A stretch of 64,000 nt of DNA from Escherichia coli. GTDB taxonomy: Bacteria; Pseudomonadota; Gammaproteobacteria; Enterobacterales; Enterobacteriaceae. Made by a program: the position numbers and the translations under genes. This document shows, one piece after another, positions 37,090 through 45,948 of this stretch (position 1 is its first letter; every line of letters begins with the position of its first letter). Under the pieces are notes generated by a model, which saw only the letters and a program-made list of their open reading frames with translations, was not told the DNA's origin and did not search any database. The stretch lies in NCBI RefSeq assembly GCF_041248615.1, contig NZ_CP158426.1; one strand, given 5' to 3'.

Positions 37090-37237
37090 TAACAGTTCCC
37101 ATCTGTAGGGGAGGGGCGGGTCAAATCTCTGCAACCCTGGCTGCTCAGTACCGCCGCCTGACCCTTCCTCACATCGCCGCAGGTTCGAAAACTTTTTTTT
37201 GGAAATGTGAACAAACGATTGATAGGTAAGACCGATT

Positions 37238-37720
37238 ATGTCAGGACCTCCGAAAACCCCGCCACGCCTGCATTTGATTCGAGGCAACCCCTCAAAGCGC
37301 CCCGTTAAAGACCACAAAAAAACCGCTAAAAAGGATGAAAAAGGTCTTCCTAAAATTCCGCAGCATTTAGGGGCTCAGGGGAAGTACTGGTTCAGGCGAA
37401 TGGCGGAAGAGCTGAATGCGGAAGGGATCATTTCTCAGCTTGATGCGCGTGCGCTCGAGTTGCTGGTGGAAGCCTACACCGAATATCGGCATCACTGCGA
37501 AACACTCGATGTTGAGGGGTATACCTACCGCACGGAAACGCAGAGCGGTGATGTACTGATTAAGGCGCACCCCGCGGCGGCAATGAAAGCGGATGCCTGG
37601 AAGCGGATCCGGGCAATGCTTGCAGAGTTTGGTATGTCACCGGCAAGCCGGGCTAAAGTAAATATCGCCGGACCGGATGATGTTGATCCGCTGGCGGAGC
37701 TTTTAAAAGCGAGAGACTGA
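37238..37720 (+). CDS. Terminase small subunit
   Basis: 160-aa ORF immediately upstream of and coupled to terminase large subunit. Confidence 0.75.
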   Translation: MSGPPKTPPRLHLIRGNPSKRPVKDHKKTAKKDEKGLPKIPQHLGAQGKYWFRRMAEELNAEGIISQLDARALELLVEAYTEYRHHCETLDVEGYTYRTETQSGDVLIKAHPAAAMKADAWKRIRAMLAEFGMSPASRAKVNIAGPDDVDPLAELLKARD

Positions 37721-39477
37721 TGGCAAAAGTGGCTGACGGGATCCGCTACGCCGAACGTGTTGTTGCAGGAGAAATTGTTGCTGGCGAATTTGTCCGCCTG
37801 GCCTGCCAGCGTTTTCTTGATGATCTGAAGTACGGCGAAGAGCGGGGGATTTATTTCAGTGAACCCCGTGCGCAGCACATCCTGAATTTCTACAAATTTG
37901 TGCCTCATGTAAAAGGGGCGCTGGCAGGCCAGCCCATTGAGTTGATGGACTGGCATGTATTTATCCTCATTAATATTTTTGGTTTTGTCATTCCGCTGGT
38001 CAATGAAGAGACCGGGGAAGTTGTCATGCGCAGCGATGGCAGCGGACGTCCGGTGATGGTGCGCCGGTTCCGGACGGCGTACAACGAAGTCGCCCGTAAA
38101 AACGCAAAATCAACTCTGTCATCGGGTATCGGCCTGTATATGACGGGGGCAGATGGTGAAGGCGGAGCTGAGGTGTATTCAGCCGCAACCACGCGTGACC
38201 AGGCCAGAATCGTGTTTGAAGACGCCAAAAATATGGTCAGAAAAGCCCGGTCGACACTCGGGCGGTTGTTTGATTTCAACAAGCTGGCGATTTACCAGGA
38301 GCAGAGCGCATCAAAATTTGAACCGCTTTCTTCGGATGCAAACAACCTGGATGGTCTGAACATCCACTGCGCCATTATTGATGAGCTGCATGCACATAAA
38401 ACTCGTGACGTGTGGGACGTTCTGGAAACGGCAACCGGTGCCCGTCTGCAGTCCCTTTTATTTGGTATCACCACGGCAGGGTTTAACAAGGAAGGGATTT
38501 GTTACGAGCAGCGTGATTACGCCATCAAGGTATTGCGTGGCTATAACAGCGACGTGGAGGGCGCGGTAAAAGACGACTCCTACTTTGCGATTATTTACAC
38601 CCTCGATGAGGGAGATGATCCGTTTGATGAAACGGTCTGGCAGAAAGCGAATCCCGGCCTGGGCATCTGTAAACGCTGGGATGATCTGCGTCGCCTGGCG
38701 AAAAAAGCGAAAGAACAGGTCTCTGCGCGGGTGAATTTTTTTACCAAACACATGAATGTGTGGGTAACAGCAGAGTCTGCCTGGATGGACATGATTAAGT
38801 GGGATAAGTGCGAATACATTGCCCCACGACATGAGCTGAAAACGTATCCCATGTGGGTCGGCGTTGACCTTGCTCATAAGATTGATATCTGTGCGGCGGC
38901 AAAACTCTGGCGAACGGATAACGGGCATGTTCATGCCGATTTTAAATTCTGGCTTCCGGAAGGACGGCTGGAACGATGCTCGCGGCAGCAGGCAGAACTT
39001 TACCGGAAGTGGGCGGAGATGGATAAGCTGATTCTGACGGATGGTGATGTTATCGATCATGCTCAGATAAAAAGTGACTTACTGGAATGGATTGGTGGTG
39101 AAAACCTCAGGGAACTGGGATTTGACCCGTGGAGCGCGATGCAGTTCAGCCTGGCACTGGCTGAAGAAGGGATACCGCTGGTGGAGGTTCCGCAGACGGT
39201 TCGCAATCTGTCAGAGGCCATGAAGGAAACGGAATCACTGGTCTATGCCGGGCGTTTCCATCACAGCAATCATCCGGTCATGAACTGGATGATGTCTAAC
39301 GTTACGGTAAAACCGGACAAAAACGACAATATCTTCCCGAATAAATCCACGCTGGAAGCCAAAATCGACGGCCCTGTTGCGATGTTTACAGCAATGAGCC
39401 GGATGCTGGTCAATGGTGGTGAACCGGAGCTGGATCTGTCTGAACATCTGGTCAGCGTGGGCATCCGCTCGCTTTAA
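37720..39477 (+). CDS. Terminase large subunit
   Basis: 585-aa ORF with ATPase and nuclease-domain motifs (IIDELHA; [10 protein letters not shown]). Confidence 0.9.
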   Translation: MAKVADGIRYAERVVAGEIVAGEFVRLACQRFLDDLKYGEERGIYFSEPRAQHILNFYKFVPHVKGALAGQPIELMDWHVFILINIFGFVIPLVNEETGEVVMRSDGSGRPVMVRRFRTAYNEVARKNAKSTLSSGIGLYMTGADGEGGAEVYSAATTRDQARIVFEDAKNMVRKARSTLGRLFDFNKLAIYQEQSASKFEPLSSDANNLDGLNIHCAIIDELHAHKTRDVWDVLETATGARLQSLLFGITTAGFNKEGICYEQRDYAIKVLRGYNSDVEGAVKDDSYFAIIYTLDEGDDPFDETVWQKANPGLGICKRWDDLRRLAKKAKEQVSARVNFFTKHMNVWVTAESAWMDMIKWDKCEYIAPRHELKTYPMWVGVDLAHKIDICAAAKLWRTDNGHVHADFKFWLPEGRLERCSRQQAELYRKWAEMDKLILTDGDVIDHAQIKSDLLEWIGGENLRELGFDPWSAMQFSLALAEEGIPLVEVPQTVRNLSEAMKETESLVYAGRFHHSNHPVMNWMMSNVTVKPDKNDNIFPNKSTLEAKIDGPVAMFTAMSRMLVNGGEPELDLSEHLVSVGIRSL

Positions 39478-39488
39478 CCGAGGTCATT

Positions 39489-39671
39489 ATGTTTCTGATA
39501 ATTCTCGCGCCACTGGTGGGCGTGCTGGGGGCGCTTTTGCTGGCGTATGGTGCCTGGCTGATTTATCCCCCGGCGGGTTTTGTTGTTGCCGGGGTGCTGT
39601 GCCTGTTCTGGTCGTGGCTGGTGGCGCGATATCTCGACCGTACACAGCCGTCTGTCGGCGGAGGTAAATAG
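39489..39671 (+). CDS. Small two-TM membrane protein between terminase and portal
   Basis: 60-aa [29 protein letters not shown]...; abuts portal start. Confidence 0.4.
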   Translation: MFLIILAPLVGVLGALLLAYGAWLIYPPAGFVVAGVLCLFWSWLVARYLDRTQPSVGGGK

Positions 39672-40912
39672 TGTTCTTTTCGGGATTATTTCAACGAAAA
39701 AGTGATGCGCCGGTGACCACGCCAGCAGAGCTGGCGGATGCCATCGGGTTGTCTTACGACACCTATACCGGAAAGCAGATCAGCAGTCAGCGGGCCATGC
39801 GACTGACGGCGGTTTTTTCCTGCGTCAGAGTGCTGGCAGAGTCGGTCGGGATGTTGCCCTGCAATCTGTATCACCTGAACGGCAGCCTGAAACAGAGGGC
39901 CACCGGCGAACGTCTGCATAAGCTGATCTCCACGCATCCCAATGGCTATATGACGCCGCAGGAGTTCTGGGAGCTGGTGGTCACCTGTCTGTGCCTGAGG
40001 GGAAACTTTTACGCCTACAAAGTGAAAGCATTTGGCGAAGTGGCTGAACTGCTGCCCGTCGATCCCGGTTGTGTGGTACCGAAGCTTAACAGTCGCTGGG
40101 AGCCGGTCTATCAGGTCACATTCCCGGACGGTTCCACGGATGTACTGAGCCAGGAAGATATCTGGCATGTGCGCACGCTGACGCTGGACGGTCTGGTGGG
40201 ACTGAATCCCATCGCCTATGCCCGCGAGGCAATATCGCTGGCAGCAGCGACCGAAGAGCACGGGGCCAGACTGTTCAGCAATGGTGCGGTGACGTCCGGT
40301 GTGTTGCGTACAGAACAGACGCTGTCGGATCAGGCTTATGAGCGCCTGAAGAAAGATTTTGAGGAGCGTCACACCGGGCTTGGCAATGCTCACCGCCCGA
40401 TGATCCTTGAGATGGGGCTGGACTGGAAGTCGATGGCGCTGAACGCCGAGGACAGCCAGTTCCTGGAAACCCGCAAGTTTCAGCTTGAAGAAATCTGTCG
40501 TCTGTTCCGGGTGCCGTTGCACATGGTGCAGAACACCGATCGCGCCACCTTCAACAATATCGAAGAGCTGGGGCTGGGATTTATCAACTATTCACTGGTG
40601 CCGTATCTGACCCGCATCGAACAGCGGATCAACACCGGACTGGTACGAAAAAGTAAGCAGGGCGTTTATTACGCCAAATTTAACGCCGGGGCGTTACTGC
40701 GCGGGGATATGAAGTCCCGTTTTGAAGCCTACGCCACCGGGATCAACTGGGGAATTTACTCTCCCAATGACTGCCGCGACCTGGAAGATATGAATCCGCG
40801 TCCCGGTGGGGATGTCTATCTCACACCGATGAACATGACCACGAAACCCTCCGATGGCAGTAAAGCCGGTAAGCAGAAGGATAACGCCAATGCAGACGAA
40901 ACAACGTCTTGA
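39671..40912 (+). CDS. Portal protein (HK97-like)
   Basis: 413-aa ORF following terminase; portal-like length and position. Confidence 0.85.
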   Translation: MFFSGLFQRKSDAPVTTPAELADAIGLSYDTYTGKQISSQRAMRLTAVFSCVRVLAESVGMLPCNLYHLNGSLKQRATGERLHKLISTHPNGYMTPQEFWELVVTCLCLRGNFYAYKVKAFGEVAELLPVDPGCVVPKLNSRWEPVYQVTFPDGSTDVLSQEDIWHVRTLTLDGLVGLNPIAYAREAISLAAATEEHGARLFSNGAVTSGVLRTEQTLSDQAYERLKKDFEERHTGLGNAHRPMILEMGLDWKSMALNAEDSQFLETRKFQLEEICRLFRVPLHMVQNTDRATFNNIEELGLGFINYSLVPYLTRIEQRINTGLVRKSKQGVYYAKFNAGALLRGDMKSRFEAYATGINWGIYSPNDCRDLEDMNPRPGGDVYLTPMNMTTKPSDGSKAGKQKDNANADETTS

Positions 40913-41540
40913 TGTACCGCTGAGTCTGAAATCTGTCAGTGACTCCGGTGAGTTTGAAGGGTATGGCTCCGTCTTTGGTGTAAAGGACAGCCACGATGAT
41001 GTGGTGATGTCCGGGGCATTTGCTGCTTCCCTGCGGGCGTGGAGTGACAGAAAAGCGTTACCTGCGCTGCTCTGGCAGCACCGCATGGATGAACCCATCG
41101 GTGTTTACACCGAAATGAAGGAAGACGATGTCGGGCTTTACGTCAGGGGACGGTTGCTTATTGATGATGATCCCCTCGCAAAACGCGCACATGCACACAT
41201 GAAGGCCGGTTCGTTAACCGGCCTTTCTATTGGGTACGTCCTGAAAGACTGGGAATACGACCGGAGCAAAGAAGCCTTTCTGCTGAAAGAAATCGACCTC
41301 TGGGAAGTCAGCCTGGTGACGTTCCCGTCTAACGACGAGGCGCGGATCAGCGACGTCAAGAACGCACTGGCCCGCGGGGAAATCCCCGAACAGAAAAAAA
41401 TCGAAAGAGTCCTGCGTGATGTCGGACTCTCCCGTACCCAGGCCAAAGCATTCATGGCCGGGGGCTATGGCGCACTGTCCCTGCGCGACGCTGAGGATGT
41501 GGGCTCTGCACTGAATGCACTGAAAAATCTGAACTTCTAA
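40890..41540 (+). CDS. Prohead protease (HK97-like)
   Basis: Start at MQTKQRL; catalytic-region motifs; overlaps portal 3' end. Confidence 0.8.
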   Translation: MQTKQRLDVPLSLKSVSDSGEFEGYGSVFGVKDSHDDVVMSGAFAASLRAWSDRKALPALLWQHRMDEPIGVYTEMKEDDVGLYVRGRLLIDDDPLAKRAHAHMKAGSLTGLSIGYVLKDWEYDRSKEAFLLKEIDLWEVSLVTFPSNDEARISDVKNALARGEIPEQKKIERVLRDVGLSRTQAKAFMAGGYGALSLRDAEDVGSALNALKNLNF

Positions 41541-41554
41541 TCAGGAGAAATACG

Positions 41555-42760
41555 ATGGCGGTTGATATTAAAGATGTCGAACAGGTCGCGCAGGAGCTGC
41601 AGCAGAAGTTTGACGACTTCAAAGCAAAGAACGACAAGCGCGTGGATGCGATTGAGCAGGAAAAAGGCAAACTTGCCGGGCAGGTGGAAACCCTGAACGG
41701 GAAACTCAGCGAGCTGGAAAACCTCAAAAGCGATCTTGAAAAAGAGCTGCTTGAGCTGAAACGTCCGGCAGGTGGTGCGCAAAATAAACTGGCCACCGAG
41801 CATAAAGAAGCGTTTGTGGGCTTCCTGCGTAAAGGCCGTGAAGATGGTCTGCGCGATCTGGAGCGCAAGGCATTACAGGTGGGCACCGATGAAGACGGCG
41901 GCTATGCCGTGCCGGAAGCACTGGATCGCAACATTCTCACCCTGCTGAAAGATGAAGTGGTGATGCGCCAGGAAGCCACGGTGATCAGCGTTGGTGGTTC
42001 CGACTACAAAAAACTGGTGAATCTGGGCGGCACGGCTTCCGGATGGGTTGGCGAGACTGACGCGCGCTCCCAGACTGCCACCTCAAAACTGGGCCTGATT
42101 GAACCTTTCATGGGGGAAATCTACGGTAACCCGCAGGCCACCCAGAAAATGCTGGATGATGCCTTTTTCAACGTGGAAGCATGGATCAACAGCGAGCTGG
42201 CAACCGAATTTGCCGAACAGGAAGAAATTGCCTTTACCACCGGCGATGGTACCAAGAAGCCGAAAGGGTTCCTGGCGTATGAGTCCACGGATGAAACAGA
42301 CAAGGTCCGGGCGTTCGGCAAACTTCAGCATATTGTATCCGGCGAAGCGACGGCGGTGACCGCAGATGCCATTATCAAACTGATTTACACGCTGCGTAAG
42401 GCACACCGCACTGGCGCGAAGTTCATGATGAACAACAACAGTCTGTTTGCCATCCGTCTGCTGAAAGACAGTGAGGGTAACTATCTGTGGCGTCCGGGGC
42501 TGGAGCTGGGGCAGCCGTCCTCTCTGGCGGGTTACGCTATCGCTGAAAACGAACAGATGCCGGATATTGCCGCTGATGCGAAAGCCATTGCATTTGGTAA
42601 CTTCAAACGGGGTTACACCATCGTTGACCGTATCGGTACCCGCATTCTGCGTGACCCGTACACCAATAAACCGTTTGTCGGTTTTTATACCACCAAGCGC
42701 ACCGGCGGCATGCTGGTCGATTCGCAGGCCATCAAACTGCTGAAGATTGCAGCGGCGTAA
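41555..42760 (+). CDS. Major capsid protein (HK97 fold)
   Basis: 401-aa ORF with N-terminal coiled-coil delta domain then capsid core. Confidence 0.85.
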   Translation: MAVDIKDVEQVAQELQQKFDDFKAKNDKRVDAIEQEKGKLAGQVETLNGKLSELENLKSDLEKELLELKRPAGGAQNKLATEHKEAFVGFLRKGREDGLRDLERKALQVGTDEDGGYAVPEALDRNILTLLKDEVVMRQEATVISVGGSDYKKLVNLGGTASGWVGETDARSQTATSKLGLIEPFMGEIYGNPQATQKMLDDAFFNVEAWINSELATEFAEQEEIAFTTGDGTKKPKGFLAYESTDETDKVRAFGKLQHIVSGEATAVTADAIIKLIYTLRKAHRTGAKFMMNNNSLFAIRLLKDSEGNYLWRPGLELGQPSSLAGYAIAENEQMPDIAADAKAIAFGNFKRGYTIVDRIGTRILRDPYTNKPFVGFYTTKRTGGMLVDSQAIKLLKIAAA

Positions 42761-42766
42761 TCATTC

Positions 42767-43000
42767 ATGGGGCGCAGAAGTGCGCCCCCTGTTCTGACAG
42801 GTGAAAGAATCATGATCCTGAAACAAGATCTGAAATGGTCACCGGACGGTATGCGTGTTGAGATTATTCGGGCCGGTGAGTATGAAGATAAAGAATTACC
42901 CGAACGGGTACGCGAAATTGCCACTGCAGCTGGGATTGTCTCTGATAAGAGAACACCTGTTGCGCGGGGGGCTGATAAGTCTAAAAAACAGCATTCATAG
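42767..43000 (+). CDS. Hypothetical small protein after capsid
   Basis: 77-aa ORF, start uncertain (alternative Met at 42812). Confidence 0.3.
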   Translation: MGRRSAPPVLTGERIMILKQDLKWSPDGMRVEIIRAGEYEDKELPERVREIATAAGIVSDKRTPVARGADKSKKQHS

Positions 43001-43011
43001 AGGTTGCCCAA

Positions 43012-43317
43012 ATGATGCCCACTCTGGAAGAGCTTCGTGTTCAGTGCCGGATTGATGATGACAATGAACAGGAGAATTCTCTTCTTATGATGTATCTGGC
43101 TGCTGCCAGGGAAGAGGCTGAAAAGTTTTTAAACCGGACGCTTTACGATGAAACTGTTTCTGAGCAGGATACGACCGGGCTTGTAATAACACCTCTGATA
43201 AAACTGCGTCTTATGCAACTGGTTGGCTACTGGTACGAGAACAGGGAAATGCAGGATGCAGTGCCTGATTTTTTCTATACCGGACTGCGGATGTATCGAT
43301 TTCATCCCGGAACATAG
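43012..43317 (+). CDS. Head-tail connector (gp6-like)
   Basis: 101-aa ORF in the conserved position. Confidence 0.65.
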   Translation: MMPTLEELRVQCRIDDDNEQENSLLMMYLAAAREEAEKFLNRTLYDETVSEQDTTGLVITPLIKLRLMQLVGYWYENREMQDAVPDFFYTGLRMYRFHPGT

Positions 43318-43325
43318 GAGGATTC

Positions 43326-43664
43326 ATGCAGGCAGGAAGATTACGTGATCGTGTGGTTATTCTGAATGCCACCACCGTTCGGTCTCCGTCAGGGCACCCT
43401 GTGGAAACAATGACGGAGGGGGCAACCATATGGGCAGAAGTTAAGGGGATCAGTGGCAGGGAGAGAATATCCGGAGGCGCAGAAACTGCTCAGGCTACAG
43501 TGAGGGTCTGGATGAGATTCCGGCGAGATGTAACAGCAACTTCATGTCTGAAAGTGCTGACTGGTGCATTCAAAGGCGCGATTCTGAGTATAGACGGTCC
43601 GCCGATACCGGATGCTCGTGCCACACGGCTTGAGATACTCTGTTCTCAGAAGGGGAATGTGTGA
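43326..43664 (+). CDS. Head closure protein
   Basis: 112-aa ORF in conserved order. Confidence 0.65.
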   Translation: MQAGRLRDRVVILNATTVRSPSGHPVETMTEGATIWAEVKGISGRERISGGAETAQATVRVWMRFRRDVTATSCLKVLTGAFKGAILSIDGPPIPDARATRLEILCSQKGNV

Positions 43665-44110
43665 TGGATTTCAGTCTTGATTTTTCAGGTCTGGCGGATA
43701 TTGCACGGGATCTGGAGACGCTCAGCAGGGCAGAAAATAATAAGGTACTGCGCGATGCCACCCGTGCCGGTGCTGAAGTTATGCGGGATGCAGTTGTTGA
43801 ACGTGCGCCGGAGCGAACCGGGAAACTGAAGAAAAATGTGGTTGTTCTCACTCAGCGTTCAAAGCGTCGCGGGGAAATTATCTCGGGTGTCCACATTCGT
43901 GGACGGAATCTGCGAACCGGAAACAGTGATAACAGCATGAAAGCCAGTGATCCCCGAAATGCGTTTTACTGGCGCTTTGTGGAGCTGGGAACGATAAACA
44001 TGCCCGCGCATCCGTTCATTCGCCCGGCTTTCGATACGACAGAGGAACTGGCAGCACAGATTGCCATACAGCGAATGAATCAGGCTATTGATGAGGTCTT
44101 AAGTAAATGA
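43661..44110 (+). CDS. HK97 gp10-like tail/neck component
   Basis: 149-aa ORF, overlapping stop/start with neighbours. Confidence 0.6.
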   Translation: MMDFSLDFSGLADIARDLETLSRAENNKVLRDATRAGAEVMRDAVVERAPERTGKLKKNVVVLTQRSKRRGEIISGVHIRGRNLRTGNSDNSMKASDPRNAFYWRFVELGTINMPAHPFIRPAFDTTEELAAQIAIQRMNQAIDEVLSK

Positions 44111-44451
44111 GAGAGACCACACTGTATTCCCTGCTGTCTCAACTGGCCGGAGGACAGGTTTATCCTTATGTGGTCCCGCTGACGGAGGGAAAGCCTGCGG
44201 TATCTCCGCCATGGCTGGTATTTTCTGTGGTGTCTGACACTGCGTCTGATGTGCTTGATGGTCAGGCTGAATCCAGAATTACCGTGCAGATCGATGTCTG
44301 GGCAACAGTACCTGATGACGCAGATGATATCCGTGAGCAGGCGCTTGATGCGGTAAGGCAACTTGCACCCTCCGTTATTTCTAAAACTCAGGGTTATGAT
44401 CCTGATTCCCGTCTGAGCAGAGCCACGCTTGAATTTCAGGTAATAGCCTGA
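44107..44451 (+). CDS. Tail completion protein
   Basis: 114-aa ORF preceding major tail gene. Confidence 0.55.
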   Translation: MRETTLYSLLSQLAGGQVYPYVVPLTEGKPAVSPPWLVFSVVSDTASDVLDGQAESRITVQIDVWATVPDDADDIREQALDAVRQLAPSVISKTQGYDPDSRLSRATLEFQVIA

Positions 44452-44472
44452 GGTCGTTAATGATTTTACCCA

Positions 44473-44498
44473 CCCGCCGCTGGCGGGTTTTTTATTTT
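44473..44498 (+). terminator. Strong hairpin plus T-run upstream of major tail gene
   Basis: CCCGCC-GCT-GGCGGG then TTTTTTATTTT. Confidence 0.5.
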
Positions 44499-44510
44499 CA
44501 GGAGACGAGT

Positions 44511-45215
44511 ATGTCCTCTAATTTTGAGCGTTCGCAACTGACGAAAATTATGATTTCGTCTGCACCGGTAACAGCAGAAACCCTGGATTCTGCCAGCTAT
44601 CTTGGCCTGAGCTGTACAATCAAAGAGGTGCAGTTTACCGCAGGACAAAAGCAGGATATTGATGTCACCACGCTGTGTTCTGTTGAGCAGGAAAATATTA
44701 ACGGCCTTGGTGCCGCGTCAGAGATTTCCATGTCAGGCAACTTTTACCTCAATGCTGCCCAGAACGCGTTGCGCAGTGCCTATGACAATGACACCACGTA
44801 TGGCTTTAAAGTTATTTTTCCGTCAGGCAACGGATTTACCTTTATGGCAGAGGTGCGTCAGCATACCTGGTCTGCAGGAACTAATGGTGTTGTGGCTGCA
44901 ACGTTTTCCCTGCGCCTGAAAGGTAAACCTGTGCTGACGACAGAGCCGCTGAAAGTGAAGGTCGATTTAAACAGCACGCTGCAGGTTTCTGCCGGAGCGA
45001 AACTCGAAATGGTGGTTGAGGCTGCCGGTGGTGTGCCGCCTTATTCTTATGTCTGGAAGAAAGGTAGTTCTCCTGTTTCCGGACAGACGGCGGCAACATT
45101 CAGTAAGGCATCAGCAGCATCAGGTGATGCCGGTGCGTATACCTGCGAGATTTCTGATTCAGCAAGCCCTGTTAACAAGGTGACCTCCACTTCCTGCACT
45201 GTTACCGTCAGTTAA
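44511..45215 (+). CDS. Major tail protein with C-terminal Ig-like domain
   Basis: Start MSSNFERS; C-terminal ~90 aa with Ig-like pattern (LQVSAGAKLEMVVEAAGGVPPYSYVWKKG...YTCEISD). Confidence 0.8.
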   Translation: MSSNFERSQLTKIMISSAPVTAETLDSASYLGLSCTIKEVQFTAGQKQDIDVTTLCSVEQENINGLGAASEISMSGNFYLNAAQNALRSAYDNDTTYGFKVIFPSGNGFTFMAEVRQHTWSAGTNGVVAATFSLRLKGKPVLTTEPLKVKVDLNSTLQVSAGAKLEMVVEAAGGVPPYSYVWKKGSSPVSGQTAATFSKASAASGDAGAYTCEISDSASPVNKVTSTSCTVTVS

Positions 45216-45229
45216 TGAGGATAGATGTG

Positions 45230-45601
45230 ATGACTAAAAATATCCGCAATCTGGCACTGGCAACGATGTCGGGGTTTCGCCACAAAACTGTTGATGTGCC
45301 TGAATGGGAAGGGGCAACGGTTGTATTACGGGAACCTTCTGCAGAAGCCTGGTTGCGCTGGCAGGAGATCGTTAAAGCAAAAGATGATGAGACACCGTTA
45401 TCCGTTGCGGAGCGCGCCCGCCGAAATCTGGAGGCAGATGTTGAACTGTTCATTGATGTTCTGTGTGATACCGGACTGCAACCTGTATTTTCAGAGGATG
45501 ATCGTGAACAGGTGATTGCCGTGTATGGCCCGGTGCATGCGCGGCTTCTTCGGCAGTCTCTGGAACTGATCAGTGATGCCGGCGAGGTTAAAAAAAAGTA
45601 G
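45230..45601 (+). CDS. G: Tail assembly chaperone G
   Basis: Start MTKNIRN with GAGGA RBS; ends ...GEVKKK at the slippery A-run. Confidence 0.75.
   Translation: MTKNIRNLALATMSGFRHKTVDVPEWEGATVVLREPSAEAWLRWQEIVKAKDDETPLSVAERARRNLEADVELFIDVLCDTGLQPVFSEDDREQVIAVYGPVHARLLRQSLELISDAGEVKKK
45588..45598 (+). other. Programmed -1 ribosomal frameshift site (G to GT)
   Basis: A-run GTTAAAAAAAAG at end of G; -1 frame opens right after TAA at 45589-45591 and continues to 45903. Confidence 0.55.
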
Positions 45602-45903
45602 AGCTTCCGGGGATGCGTTTTCTGATGATGCTGGCGCTCAGGATGGGGCGCACATTGTCAGAGTTACGCCGGGAAATGTCCGCATCAGAAATCATGATGT
45701 GGGCAGAATTTGACAGGTTCAGCCCGCTGGGTGACGAGCGGGCTGATATCCGGGCTGCCCAGATAGTTTCTGCGGTTTACGGTGCGCAGGGTGTCAAAGT
45801 CCCACTGAATGATGCGCTTCTTCAGTGGGAACAAGAGCAGACAGAAGGCGTCTCAGATCCATTTGCCGGACTGGAAAACGCGCTTTTAATAGTGTCTCAG
45901 TGA
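45592..45903 (+). CDS. T segment of the GT frameshift chaperone
   Basis: -1 frame relative to G; KKVELPGMRFLMMLALRMGRTLSELRREMSASEIMMWAEFDRF... Confidence 0.6.
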   Translation, partial: KKVELPGMRFLMMLALRMGRTLSELRREMSASEIMMWAEFDRFSPLGDERADIRAAQIVSAVYGAQGVKVPLNDALLQWEQEQTEGVSDPFAGLENALLIVSQ

Positions 45904-45911
45904 GTCAACAT

Positions 45912-45932
45912 AACCGCTTCGGCGGTTTTTTT
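45912..45932 (+). terminator. Hairpin plus T-run between GT and tape-measure gene
   Basis: ACCGC-TTCG-GCGGT then TTTTTTT. Confidence 0.45.
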
Positions 45933-45948
45933 CGTCCGGAGAACGAGT

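Noticed and set aside
39686-40522. 278-aa minus-strand ORF inside the portal gene
   Set aside because: Antisense to the portal gene in the conserved packaging order; no RBS and no recognisable motif
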